NCBI GenBank assembly: GCA_000708835.1
Contig: DF236957.1
Location: 248,001-312,000 of the forward strand
DNA: 64,000 nucleotides
Direction of reading: 5' to 3'
Source: Klebsormidium nitens
Taxonomy: Eukaryota; Plantae; Klebsormidiophyceae
Under the pieces are notes generated by a model that had not been told where the DNA came from, searched no databases, and was given only the letters and a program-made list of their open reading frames with translations. Shown here piece by piece: positions 1-13,546 of this stretch (its first letter is position 1; the number at the start of each line of letters is the position of its first letter). The position numbers were made by a program, and so were the translations under genes.

Positions 1-946
1 ATCTGCCTAGAGCACTGGTCAGCCCGGCGCTCATCCCATTGTTTGCTTTGAGTGACATCAGATTGAAGGAAGAAGAACTTTAGATCAGTAATCAGAAGAC
101 TTCGCAGCTTATCAAAGCCCTAAATCCATGTTTCAAGTGGGCAAAAACAACGTGTGACAGCGCGATGGCCGAATGGCTATGCGACGCAGGCGCGTAAGCT
201 ATGCTTGAGTATACATCGTATGGCGTCCAAAGCCGCTCAACCGGTAAACAACTCCTGCATTCGCGGGATATAATGCTGACCTGGTTCTTCCGAGATTGGT
301 CTCCGCCCACTTTTCCGGTCCGTCGATAACGCAGACTCGCACATTATATATACCTTGCGTGATTCTGTCACGAGGCCCAAGTTCGAAGAGATCCCTTCGC
401 AGCCAGCTTCACCAAAGCTTCTTCGATGCAGGTATCTGCGGTCTTCTGAGCGCCTGGAGCCCCATATCCCTTCTAATTTGTTTCGCGGTTAGGACGAACT
501 TAGATAATCTGAGCACGTGTTGCTCAAAGTAGCTTCCACATTCGGTCCGAGTTGACCAATGCGGTGCGCATTTCAATTCTGGCCTCGTTACGAGTTCGTG
601 TGCCGTTCAAGTTGTTACAAGCTCGTGCGTCTGGATGCAGGCGGAATGTGTTGGACGCGATTTTCCCTTCATCCAGAGTTGAGTCGCAGGCTGCTTCTGG
701 TCTTTCCGGTAACGTTGTGCATGGGGGATTCAGTGGTTGGCTGACATTTAATTTTGCCTATGGGAAACTATGAAGGAGGAAGCCCAGTTCGTCAACTTTT
801 CTTTTTCAGAACGATTTCATAGTGCCTCGAAAATGCTGGCGGAGCTTACGTGCAGTAAACTCTGCCTTCATGGAAAAATCAACATAGTTTCTATATTTAT
901 CTTTATCTGTCGCAGTCTCTGACGTGAGCTGACCGATCTAGGTGAT

Positions 947-1033
947 AGCGGCTGTGAAGAAACAGAATTGTGCGCCCATGCTTCACCGACATGATGCACA
1001 TGTACCTTAAGAAATCGGGAGTCAGATGCCGCT
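947..1033 (+). ncRNA. Array element, candidate K-turn/C-D-like small RNA
   Basis: AGCGGC-TGT-GAAGA ... CAGA-T-GCCGCT. The 6-bp terminal stem AGCGGC/GCCGCT closes the motif. A GTGAGC donor-like motif lies at 924. Confidence 0.45.
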
Positions 1034-3448
1034 CAGTGGGGTTAACAGCCCGTCAAAGGCAACGCGCTCTGAAGTCCTCAATGATTCGTTGTCTGGGTCC
1101 GGAGGCTGAATGCGTTACAACCTGTGCAATTTTCGAGCTATTGCGACCAGCAAAAGTGCCGGCTGCTGCGACACTCGAAGACAACTGGTTCGGTCTCACG
1201 CGGGTTGAAGGCCCGAGGTGAGCTGAAGCTTATGTGATTACATTGGTGCAAGCAATCGAAACCGTGGATACGAGCACGGGTGTACTGAATTGACGTCGTT
1301 CTAAATCTCTGCTCCAGACGCCGTTCGACAAGCTGTGCGCTGAACGTGTCTAGCCCTTAAACAATGCTTTTTCTTGCACGTGCTTGTTGCCCTCGCAGAG
1401 ATCTACTGACGTTCTCTTTCCTGCGCGCTTTGTAAAGGATATTAGCTAAAGCGCGAGAAACTTGAGTCGGTCTCTTGTCCCAAAAAGCGAGGCACTTCAG
1501 ATCGACGGGCCGTGTGAGAACTAGGAGTGGTTGGTGGCTATGATGGGCTGGCCAAAAGCACGAGCTGCGACCCGCTCAAGCACAATCCTCACTTCAGACG
1601 CTCCCGATGCCGTTCAGTAGCTTGCGCACCTTCTTTGCCGCTGCCCTTCATACCTGATCAGTCGCGCTGCTGGCTATCTCCGAGAAATAGCGGGGTCGAG
1701 CTTGATTGCCAGCGTTTGGCAGTACTCATAGTAAAGTTGACACTCATACGGAACCGCCAAACCACCCCTGTCATTTGCCCCCGTTTCATGCGCGGAGGCG
1801 GAATGGAGGCATTGATTACGCCATTCGAGGAGTGGGCTCTGTTTAGGCTCACCCCTCCTTCTCAACCTGTCGGATGCCGCAGCATACAGGGGTTGTTTCG
1901 ATGAAATGTCATCAGCATACAGCTTCTACAAACTTCGCCTTTGGGTACTCAGCGATTACTTGGAACAACTTATCCGCTACGATGCAGCTTTGAGATCCAC
2001 TAATCCACTAGAACACGAGTTCACACGGCCACTCGAGCCTAGCGCCGTATAATGTATTTGACAACTCAAATCTAGATGTATCACGTCTCTCAATGTAGGC
2101 CACGGCCCGTCGGCACCGCGGCTTTGAAGAGGTAAGCACACAAAAGAATTTCTGCCTCGTGGCATGTCCAGCTTTCCTGGTGATCGGATGCCTTTCCTAG
2201 GAGCCAAATCATGCCTGTGTCGCATCCTGGTGTACGAAACATGTCGAAACGGTTGCCTGTTTGGAATCTTTTGCGCGGTTGTGCATCTGGGTCCCCGTCT
2301 GTTTGATAGATGATCTAGATCAAACAAATGAGTGGTCATGTTAGGGCCCAGTTGTATCGCCAGCCCTCCCACGCCTTTTCGTCCTACTGCTCAAGAAGGA
2401 TCTGGCACAACATGCGCGAGCGGCTTCTGCTTTGAGTTTTTAATCGAGCAAGCTTGCCTGAAGACGACTCGGACTTCTCGAGTCACTCCTCAAAAATCTT
2501 CGCATGCACCTAGCTCGAGGTTTCTTTACAGGACTTGAGCGCCCTCTCGGGTTTACAAAGCAACGGTATGCATGAAGCCATCCTGCATCATGACTAAAGC
2601 GCCGAAAAAGTGCCATAAAGCTCGCAGCTATCTCTCAGGTTGTAGCCAGAGTGACCCAGGCCGATTTTCGGGTGCGCGCGCACTCGCCTGCAAGATCCGA
2701 GGGCCGCCCACTTCGCACCGGGCCGAGCCTCACTAGATTACCTGACGCGCGGAAGGGGGAACAGCTCTTCTACTTTCATTTCCCAATGTTCCATGCCCCT
2801 GATCAATCACGTTGCTTGCGTTTAAAACTGTACCACGGGGCTTATCAAAGAATTTGACTTGATGCAAAGACGCCTCGGTAGCTTTACTCGAAGCACTAGG
2901 TCACGGGCCCTTACAAAAAAGACCATGCGCGGCTGATTGAGGGTAGGCGACTGGCGTTGTGACTTTGTACGTAGTTCTCGGCAAGTGTTACAGCAGCTAT
3001 GACGAGACGTGCCTAAAGTCTTGGGCGCGACGTTGCCTAAGCTCTTCTGGGCCGTCCGGATGTTGCGGATAAACCACGGCTGCAGATGGAGCTGACTTTT
3101 GTAGGTACACATATCCTTGCTTATGTCTGGAACACCAAGCGGAGGTTGACTCATTTCATTCAAAAGCATACAATCAATGAGTTACGACCTTGATCGCTTA
3201 AGACAAACCCTGGCAAGTGCATGGCTTACCTTCAAACGACTTCCGGAAGGATCGTCCCGGGTGCCATCGGCGCCGGAAGATGGAACAGCGTTTATACAAG
3301 CATACGATTTTGAAGCTGTACGATTCCTAAGGCCCTGCACTTTTGCGATTGCCCAGTGAAGTCGCTAGCATGATTTGTCAGAGTGCGGGCTGCTACGACT
3401 TAAACGAGGATTCGTCCTTTGCATCCACTTCGTGGGCGGATGGCGCCC

Positions 3449-3526
3449 TGCGGCAGTGAAGACGCGCTTCATGAAGACATGGGCACCGCTTTGCTCAATG
3501 CGCCTCTAGAAGTAACGGATGCCGCA
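3449..3526 (+). ncRNA. Array element, subfamily A (paralog at 4722-4798)
   Basis: TGCGGCA-GTGAAGA ... TGGGCA-ccgctt-TGCTCA ... CGGA-TGCCGCA, with a 7-bp terminal stem. Confidence 0.45.
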
Positions 3527-4127
3527 ACAACAGCACTGTGCACTCCGATTGCGCTGACATCAACTGCAAATGCTTTTAACGTGTAGAGACCTACTGATTA
3601 TCTGTCGAGCTCAATACTTTTAGCGCGAGCTTCTGGTTTCACGGTGTTTGGACTATACTTGTCCAGAATCATGTGACAATTTGAAGTGACGGATCGAGCC
3701 GGGGCGCCCGGCCCGATAACGGCCAGCCCACCTAATCCCCATGCTAGTTTACATCTCACCTAGGCGGTCCGCCCGCTCTGGACGCGGCTTTGAAGAGCTA
3801 CGATGTCACGAGCATTCCTGCGCAGGCAACTTTTTTGTAGCTGATGCCGTGCAGGCCTGAGGGGCCAGAAAAACAAGCCAGATAGAGATGCGGCTTGACG
3901 GCTACGAATGCATTGAAAGCATGGGCACCGATATGTACACTGGTCTCCTGTGGGACGTGCCTAACCTGGGCTTCTCAAGATCATGCATTCGTCTAATGTT
4001 CCATCGGCATCCGGTATTCCGTCGGAGTGTGTTGAGGCCGGGGAGACTTCTCCCGCGTTGGTCACGGGCTGAACAGAAGCGTTCTCATGTAGGGCGACTT
4101 TCAGACTCAAGGTGCGAGATTAAGGTG

Positions 4128-4199
4128 CTGGCTGTGATGATCAAGCGGGAAAGATTGTGAGCAACGTGCTCACCGTGTTTGATAGCGCCTCAGAAGCCC
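4128..4199 (+). ncRNA. Array element, subfamily C (paralog at 7732-7790)
   Basis: GGC-TGTGATGA is a perfect box C (RTGATGA). Internal hairpin GTGAGCA-acg-TGCTCAC, 3' end CAGA-AGCC. GTGCGA donor-like motif at 4112. Confidence 0.45.
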
Positions 4200-7100
4200 T
4201 GCCCACCATGACACCACTCGTACTACTAGTGGTTGGAATTCTTCTTGTTTATTCGCTTGTCTGGCACGCATCCGATTCGATGATTGGGCAAAAGTACTTG
4301 CAGATGGGGTTTTATTTCTTCTCTGGCTCTGATCGCATGGCGCGAATCTTATACAAGTTCGACGGCGACTTGGAGGAACAAAACAGCGGATGTACTGGCA
4401 TGACTAATCTAGTGACCAACGCCGGGCTGTGACGACTTTCGAAGCACGAGCATAGTCTTTGCTCAATAGGCCAAATCTTCTGGTTGCGGAGCTTCTGGTC
4501 CACTTTGCGATTGCGTACCGCATATGGTTGGAAGTTTGTGACATTCGGTCCCGCAAGAATCTGGCGCTTGAAGCTTTTTAAGGAGGCGCCTTCGGGTTGA
4601 AAGTAGTCGCAGCGTTTCAATCTCACTCATGGTGGGCTGTTACCCAACGTGGAAACCTCAATTTTCCCAAGACGACTGCGTCATGTGCTCCATGAATTCG
4701 TACGGTAAGCGGATGGCGCCGGCGGCAATGACGATGCGCTTCCAAACATGGGCGGCACCGCTTCGCTCAAAATTTCTGCGATCGGTTGCCGATGCCGCAA
4801 CATCATAGCGCTCTGCCCCCCGTCAGGCCCTGACGTCAGCCATATCTAGTGGCTACATTAATGACAAACGTTCTGCGAGCTTTGTGTCAAACATGCTTTC
4901 GAACAAGTTTGGCTGCGCAGCTCGTGAACGATGCTTGTGCCGGACACGAAGTGATACATGACAGCTTGAATCGGAGCACCGTTTCATGGTCAGCCCAAGC
5001 TTGACTACATTACACACCACAGCAAAGTCGGCCGCCCACCCGCCGCGCGGCTTTGAAGAGATACAAATGAACACGAGCATTACTAGCGATGCTCAAGCAG
5101 GGATTTTGTAGTCAGATCAGATGCCTTTTAGAGGCTGAATTGCTCCTGTCTTGATTCACGCTGTGCAGCAAGGTATAGTCTAAAAGTTCAATGTCAATTG
5201 CGCCTAGGACATGTGTTGCTTTCTGTCCTCGCCGAATTCGTCTTTCGCAATCGGTTCATTGAATTTCCCCCTGGTTGAGTGGTTCCCACAAGCCAGCCCA
5301 AGGCGCCTCCTTACACTGTTTGTAATTGGTCCACCGCTTGCTCGTGTTTCGCTTCGAGTAACACAAGCAAGCTTTGCTACTCGATCGTCATTTTGGACAT
5401 CGTGTCCTATCAGAGCCGACTTCCAGACGCTGGAACCAGTTCGCTTTGGACTGAGATCAGTCCCATTTGAAGGTCCGGTTGGCAACGCCTGCCTATTCAG
5501 AAGAAATCAGGCGAAAAAAGACTCGAAGGGTAGCAGGACGCTGACTAGAATGAGTGAAACTGGGCGTTTTGAAGCGAGAAGTTCTTGGCAGTCGCATCCG
5601 TTTGTTCGAGCAATTTGCTACTTATTTTGCTACGCAACATCAGCGAAGCAGAAGCGTCTGCGTTCCCACTACCTGTGTCATTAAGAGCCGCTAAATAACA
5701 AGCCACGGCTATGAAATCAGCGTTTGGACTTCGATGGGCTCAGTCGTCCAGCGGAGTGGTTTTTTGGAGCCGCTAAAATCCTTCTTCGAGTAGGTGTACT
5801 TTTGGATTGCCAAGTCGATACACAAACCCGCTGATTGTAGTAGTACTCGACCTTGTCAGTGGGTCTTTTTGGTTTGCCTTCGGTGATCAAATGTTCGAAA
5901 TACTGACTGGAGCTACTTGTCGACAAGTGAGGCCTCAAAACTCTTACGAAAAGACGATTGATCTGCGTGTTCGTCCCGTCATCTGTCTCAAGCAAGGCTG
6001 TTACATATATTCTCAATACCAACGGATCACGCAAGGGGTGCCAGCGGCAATGAAAGCCCACAAGCTGAATTTGAGCATTAGTCTTCGCTCATCCAAGAAC
6101 CAGTGGAGCCGCGCAACTCTCGCGCTTTCTGCGGTGTATCTTGTGTCTCTTCTGGTATGAGTCGTCTTGAGGATGCGGCCTGCCTGTTTCCACGTTTTGG
6201 TGGTACTCGATGAGGCCTTCACCTTTCGGGATTGATGTCGAGACTGAATGAGTTGAGTCCTGGTGCATCGATGCCGGAAACATCGTTTGGCCCAGGTCGA
6301 GGAACTGTGAAAGGGCGCTTTGCCTAAGACGCTTCAAAGGGGGGATGACGTACCCCTGTTCGCTAAAGGCAGTCTGATTAACATCTGGTTCGGCAATATG
6401 GAGACCAGTGCCAATGGGCGGGTTAAACTCAAATCTCTCACCTGCCGTCTTGACATCTAGTGGATCGATCCGCCAAGAGCTTTAAGAAACTAAAAATGAC
6501 ATGCGGCAACAGATGCTAAGCTAGCTACAAATGGATAAAACGGGCTGTGATTTCGCTACATACTGGGCAGTTCTCTGCTCAACAGAATCGTGTCAATACA
6601 TTTTACTGAAAAGGCCGTTAACTCTGTTTTGCAACCGGCTTGCCCTCGACTAGCTTGCCCATGTCTTTGATGTCAAAGTGCGCTGGAAGCGGCCCGGTTC
6701 CTGCCAGTGGCAGGAGTAGTACCTGCCATGGCAATAACAAAAAATACTTCTGTCTCGCCATGCTTGGCAGCGTCACGGTGCCCCCAGAACTCTCGGTAGA
6801 CGAGCTTCAACAGATCGTTCGTTTCAGTACGGGTTGAGAATACTTCTCGTCTGAAAGTGCGCCGATCAAGCGAGTCAGGCAGTGGGCACGGCAGATCGAT
6901 ATATTTTGACGTCTGCTTTCACAGCACTAGCGTTTGAAAATCTTCCTTGGAATCCAGCCCGCTTGTTACCATTTGTTGGATCGTGCTCTCTGGAGCTGCC
7001 TGTGGCGGTCGCCAGCTGACTTTCGAGCCGGCGTCTATAGGCGCTCAGGCCGGGCAATCGGCCTCGACCAGCTGTCCTTCGTGGGCGGTGCACTCTGGTG

Positions 7101-10069
7101 GTCATGACAAAGGCACTTGATAATGAGCTCCTACATTCGCCCAATAGGGTTCCGAGTGAGTCATGGACCGACGCTACTGGAAGAGCATCACGGACTGGCA
7201 AGATCGACACAACTAGATCCGGTTGGTAGTGAGTTTAACGTGATACGTATACACGAAGCTTCGAATCGACGTCTTGGAACTTGGCTGGCCATCTGAGACG
7301 AGTTTTTCCTGATTCGGCACGGCTAGTCGAGGAAGACGACCCTTTCCAGGGTCGGCCACGGAGCGCCTCTTGCCAGCCACGAAAAAGGGCCGAGAGGGAA
7401 GCGCTTTCAGACCTCCAATCAGATTTGAAGGTCTGATCACTCGTTCTTTTTTTCAACTGCATGTTCAAAGAAGCATGATGATAATGTGGCTGAACGGCTA
7501 TGGAGATATCGAAGGCACGGGCACAAGCATGTCCACTGGTCTTCGAGGCTGGACGTGCCAAAACTGAGCTGCTCGAGATCATGCACTCATCTAATGTTCC
7601 GACATAATCGGCCTCCGTTTATTTTCAACAAGGTGCTCGATTCTTGGGAGCCCTCTCCCAACCAGTGGTTTTACAGGCTGGGCAGAAGCCTTCTCACGGA
7701 GGACGTTCAGACGCAAGGTGCGAACTAGGGTGGCGGCTGTGATGCCAAACGGGAGATGATGAGCAGCGTGCTCGGGGGTAAGATGCCGCTGCAGAAGGCC
7801 TGCAGTGCCCACCGGTCGGAGCGGCTGGAACTCCTTTTGAAGGTCACCGGAGAAGCAACGTATTCCGCTTCTAGCTAGGTCCTGCGATTCTAGAAACTCT
7901 AGGATATATGTCTTTGGCATATCTCGTTGGCGGATATTGATTCCGCCATTACCTTGAACCTCATGAACAGAGTAGTAATGAGTGAAAGACCTTTGGCCAC
8001 GTAGACATGAAGGAAGCATTTGACAAATTCTTGCAGCTAGCTGCTGCTTCGAGTGAAGCTATGAAGATTTTTACGTTGTGGGCGGGTGAAGCTCACTTAT
8101 GATCTTAGACGCCGCCTTGTCTCATCGGGCACGCACGTGCATATGCATAAGCTGGTGACGTCATCACTGTGGCGCTTTTCGCCCATCTTTGCGAGTATCA
8201 CGGTCAATCACATGTGTCAAGCGAGTCCTGCCGGTCACTTCCCGCTGTGCTTCTGTCCAAGCAAGCTGTATAATCAGAAGCGCTGGTTCAAATGGTAGGT
8301 GGCTATGCGGTAAACCAACGGCGATACTCAGCTTTCAATCTGGCGAGCAATGTTACGATGTACTTATTGAAGATTGTCAAACCAGCCGCCTAGGCCAAGT
8401 AGCTGCGCGTCAGAACGAACTTTCGTATGGGCCTGTGAAGCTTGGAACGGCTGTCGAAAACCACCGCGAGTCACGCTGCCGGATTCAAGAGAGAGAATGA
8501 GATCACGCTTGCCGCTAGTAGTTCCGGGGCACGCGTACGACCCAACATATCAACAGATCAGAGGCTATGACAAGATATGTGGAAGCGACCATTATTGTGC
8601 TCAGGTCACCCACTCCTAGTCGTCCATTCCTGGATGCCGCAAATCAGAGACGTGCGCTACTCACGATTATACTTAGTCGGCCTCGGCCTTTGTGGTATGT
8701 TCTGGTGCTTAGCTCTCCTTGAATGTGATTCGGAAGCCCACAAAACTGCCTTTGCAACAGAAAAACGTTGCAATCAGGGAGCAGCGCCAATGCGTTATGG
8801 CGGGTATTACCCTTGAGTCAATGAATTCTTTGTAGACCGCAAATCAGAGACTGGGCGATCCATCGCTCGCGGATCATGTGAACGAGAAAGTCTGTTCTGG
8901 GCCCAATTTACCTGCTGCCTGAATTTCGAGTTGCTACATAATATACCGATCTCTTCAGGACCACTCGTTCAGCCCTTAATGCGAATCCAAGGTTGGCATG
9001 CAGAGGGACGTCTACCGATTCTTATCCAGCTTGTGCTTCGTCCGGCGCTGTGAACGTCGTTCTGGCCACTTTACTTGCTTCTGAGCTTGCCCTTTGTTTT
9101 TGTCAGATGCGAGTCCCTGAAACGGCCGTGCTCGAGCAGTCCTTCCATATTGCACTTCATCTGAACACCCACAGGCTGATGCTGCCGCTCGAGCGCTGGT
9201 GCGGCCATCACAAAATGAATTTACGAGCATCTTTCCGCTCAAAGCCGCTTCGTTGTACCCTACCTTTTATGCCGCTCTAGAAGCCCGGGCTGGCTACTCA
9301 AAAACAATGTCGAGATGTGATTGATCTATCATGGGTGCGAATGAAGTTCGAGTTCAGTATCCTTGGCCAGTTGATCGACTCCGTTCAATGCCTGGATCAC
9401 GTAACTTCATACTTCCGTGACGTTGTGGCCCTCTCGTGCTTGAACGTAAATTTCAGCTTGAATTCCATTTCTTGACAATACTATGTGGCATTCAGTCCGA
9501 GCTAGCGGTTTTGATGGCAAGAAACATGGGCGCTCTGCCCAGTCGATCAAGCTCGCTCCCGTCAAAAAAGTGATTGCCGCTTAGAAAGTCGCATGCCGAC
9601 TCGAAACGCTGTTAGTCTGTATCAGGGTCTTCAACCTCGAGTGACGTTCCGGCGGACACAAGCTCTGAGGTTTTTAGGTTACTGAGTATGGGTACATCGA
9701 TCCGCCAGAAAATTGCACTTCTGATAACACATTTTGACAGGTTTGGAGGGCTATTGGATGTGCACCGTGTGCGGATGAACCAGGGTGGGTCCCGTGCCGT
9801 TGCTGATGGAATCTGAGTTGGTCCCGTTCCTCGCTTTTCCTGAGGATCCTGAGAATGCTCCTTCGTATTGTAGGAAGCGCTTTTTGAGCCTCGCATCGGC
9901 TGTAAACCGTTATACTTCTTAGAACGTCCATAAGAAGTTCTTGCTTTCGATCCGAACAATCGCAATGATCGTACCCCCTTCGATCCGGCCGTCTACTTCT
10001 TCTTCCCCTGAAACGGGCAACAGAATAAAAATTGTATATATGGGCAGCATGACGTGTGCATATGACCTT

Positions 10070-10083
10070 AAAAAAAAAAAAAA
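10070..10083 (+). other. A14 tract preceded by AATAAA (10024-10029)
   Basis: Direct reading of the sequence; may be the 3' end of a retroposed insertion. Confidence 0.5.
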
Positions 10084-11940
10084 GGTCAAAGAAGAAGCAT
10101 TTCAGACACGGCAAAGACGAGAGAAGATTCTAATTTATCAGTTTTGAAGACGAAATTATACGCCGCCGTACTCTTCAACATGGGCGGACCGCCCTGCCTA
10201 GCTAGCTAGGCGGCAAGGATGGGCTTAACATTTGGGGACGTGGCTCATTCAGCTAACCCATCACATTCAGAGCCGCCCAATATCTTACACACAGACACTG
10301 GCACGCAATCATTCAACGCTGTGACTCGTGGATTCGAACCTTTTATTTGTCTTGATCGGCTTCCCCAGCTCTCTGTTTGGAGATTTTGACAGCCCAGGCG
10401 GTGTCTGGATCATAAACGCTTGTTAACGGGTGCTGCAAAACCAGGGTGCCTTTCGTCTCCACTTTCCCCGTGCCCTGCTGCTTGATTCAGATGAAGCGCT
10501 GTAAAATGTATATATTGTGCTCCCCACACTTTTCGATGAAAGGGTGTCTTGTCCTCAACTTTGGCATATCTACCGTCCAAACGTCGTGCTTCAGTCCTCT
10601 TCGCCTTTTCCACGTGGTTATACGAACCGGCCTCGAGTGTCTATCGTGCAAGGCCGTTCATCTCTCTCGTAACGCTTTGACAAAAGCCGAACTTGAAGGG
10701 GCAGGTATTAGCTCACGCAGTTACGAAATGGCTGTGATGTAACAAAACCTGAGCAGCATCCTGCTTACGTTAACTTGGTGGTCTCTAGATGCCGGTTCAC
10801 AGAAACTCTTTTCGAAACCTAAGCTAGCTTCCAAAACGCCACTTCGATGATTCTCAGCTGCTCAACTCCGTCAACTCGGTGTCCTTATTTTCGAGCCAGC
10901 TTTTTGCTTGCCTTTCGTTGATCCATCCAATATTCGGGAGTGAAAAAGCGGGAGTGAAACATTCGGTCCCGCGTTTGCCCAAAATGGTTTCGATGCACAC
11001 AGGAACAAATCTAAGATTGTGGCTGCTTATAACCAGGCCGATTACCCAGACCTGAGTCTTAGGTTATCCAACCCAATGTTTTGGCTGGGTACCGCCCAAA
11101 TCTGGTTACTGGACATATGACCAGTTTCTAGCCAGCCCATAAAACAGCCCAACGCCATTCATAATGAAGGGTCAGAAATCTTTCGTGATCCTTGGAAGTA
11201 ACTGGTGCTCGAAGCCCAACCGGCTCGGAAATGCTTGCGCGGCCAGGATGACAATTGCGCGTGTCTGGACCGTTTTCTCAGATCGGAGGTGGTTGCGCAG
11301 ACGCTGCGGTTCGAGAAAACTTGACCACCGAGGAACAGTTAGTACTGTGATCGGACGGATGCATGTCAGGAATCTCGACCTACTTCGTCCACTGATATCG
11401 CTTGCGCGCTAATCTGCTGTATGAGCTGTAGCACGCGGCTATAATAAAGCTCTCGGCAAGTAAGAATATGGATCAGGTCGAATCCATTTGCCACTTTTTC
11501 GACTCGGCCTGTGACATTACTCTTTGCAGAAGGGCGTACGATGCTCCTTGCTTATTTAGAAATGTTCTTGTTGCCCCCTCGGAGCACGTACCAATGAGGA
11601 CCAATCAAAGCCACTTACAAATGATGGGCGAACCTCAATGCGAACAGCGCTGGCGGAACGCGCAATCTCGGCTGACGGACAAGCGGCCACTGACTGTCAC
11701 CATTTTGTCAGCGTCGAGAATGACGGCTTCGATTCGACGTTCTTCGGATCCGAGATCGAGAGCCGGGGACCAAACTTACGATTCTTACGATTCTGGTCCT
11801 AGTTGCTAAGAGCTAACGCCCCAACAGACTTTTTGAGCCTGTGGACTCTTTGGCTGAATATCACTAGAACGGCTGTGACAGCGTCGCGGCCATTCATCGA
11901 GATGTGCGTTCTGTCACGTTCTGTCTGCTCAAGCTCCGTT

Positions 11941-12240
11941 GAGCGCAGCCGGCCGCGGTCGCTAGTAGCACTGACCGGCCGCGCGGCGCGGTCGCGTGGG
12001 CTCAGTGCCACTGGCCCGCCTGGCGGTGGCCCGCGGCCGCGTGCCGAGCCACGCGCGGCCCGGCGGGCCGGGGCCGAAGTACCGCGGCCGCGTCGAATCT
12101 GCCGCGACCGCGCAACGGCGATGACTGTGGGCCAGCCTTAGGCGGGTCGGCCTGGCCGGTCGGCAGCATTGGCAGCATGCGCCTAGAAGGCCTGGACATG
12201 GACGCCGCGCAGGCGGGTTGATGTTTGCAGAAGCCGGCCC
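11941..12240. repeat. GC-rich multi-hairpin block, class-2 element (copy 1)
   Basis: Very GC-rich and dense in CGCG/GGCC palindromes. CGCGGTCGCG can pair with CGCGACCGCG about 115 nt downstream. The start TTGAGCGCAGC..GGCCGCGG.CGC.AGTAG.ACT is shared with 21611-21660. Confidence 0.6.
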
Positions 12241-13475
12241 GGGTGCCGGTGGAAGAGACCTGGAAGAGACACCTTTTCCCAGCTTGGTTAAAGCAAAGTC
12301 GATGATTTAGCCGATCTGCAGCTACGAAAGAAACGAGTTTGGTTCCTCAACTGAGACTAGGCTAGAAGAACGTCAGGCCGAGGCGCAGAGGCGCATCCGT
12401 TCACCTCTTTTGCTTCTTCCGGTGGGCATTAGAATCCGGGACGACGGAAGTGTCTGCAGACGTAGCATGTTACCCTGTACTTTTCTGTGGCTTCTGGAGT
12501 AGGCGCGCGACTGAGAAAGAAATGAGATTTTGAGAGGCATGCTCACCAGTAGATTGCATCTTGACGCCACTACGAAGCTCCATGACAATCAAAGATACAT
12601 TTGACGGCATCGGCTGAACTTTATTTTTTAGAGTTAAAGATAGGAGCCGTGTCTTCGTTGGAAGGTGTTCCTTCCGTTTGCAAGCTGCCTCGACGTTTCC
12701 CTCGCCGTCCGTTTGAATGCTTGGGATATCTGCTTCTGTACGGTCCGATAAGCCGACGGTGTAAATCGAGCAAAGGCAAGATGCCTGGAAGACCCGTCGG
12801 AGTGGGACCAGTGTCTTCGATGAAAGCTCGCACCAAATGAAACCTCGTTTGATCCATACATAAAATGCCTTTGACATTTAAGGATCAAGATGAGCATGCG
12901 ACTGGGCGGCTATAAAGAAGTCAAAAGGGTGGCTTTCTAGGCCAATTGTCAAGGTCAATCGGAAAACTATGCGCGAAGCTGACGAAACTTGCCAGGACTG
13001 GACATAAAATGCATGAAGCCGGTGTACATGTGCGACCGCAAAATCGATTCGAGCTGCTTCGAATGGTGGGCCCAGTTTCTTCTGACTAGCCCATAAACAT
13101 ACTCTCGCTGCTCTCGCGGCATCAGAGCCGCCAGCCAGCCACTTTTCTCCTTTGGCCGTCCTACGTGATAAGGCTTCTGTCTGAATGAGATTGATGACTT
13201 TACAGTCTTGGAAAAGGCCCTTGTTACATTTAACATTTAACTGGGCACTCAATGAATGCATATTGCAGAGCAGCAACAGATTTGGCAGGTCATGTGTGCG
13301 GACATTATTTGAACAACTTCTTCCCCATTTTTCGCCACTTTTTGCAACTTTCTTGAGGGTACGTGGGTTAGTCATACCAGGTTCGTGTCGGTCCTGCATG
13401 ATTCTGCTTCCACTTCTGTTCAAACGGTCTGTTTGTTGGTGCTTTTGGTGGGAACTGAAGGCCCGGACTCAGAGT

Positions 13476-13546
13476 AGCGGCGATGATGAGCAAGATAGAC
13501 GAGTTTTCTTCTGCTCAACTCCGGGGGCTTGTCACTTGGATGCCGC
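13476..13546 (+). ncRNA. Array element with canonical box C
   Basis: AGCGGC-GATGATGA-GCA ... TGCTCA ... TGGA-T-GCCGC. Confidence 0.45.

Noticed and set aside
3888-7728. Similar peptides in ORFs 3888-4160 and 7370-7728 (MRLDGYECIE... / MWLNGYGDIE...), suggesting a paralogous protein family
   Set aside because: The similarity comes from the duplicated array modules, and the reading frame is not conserved between copies (frameshift, stops).
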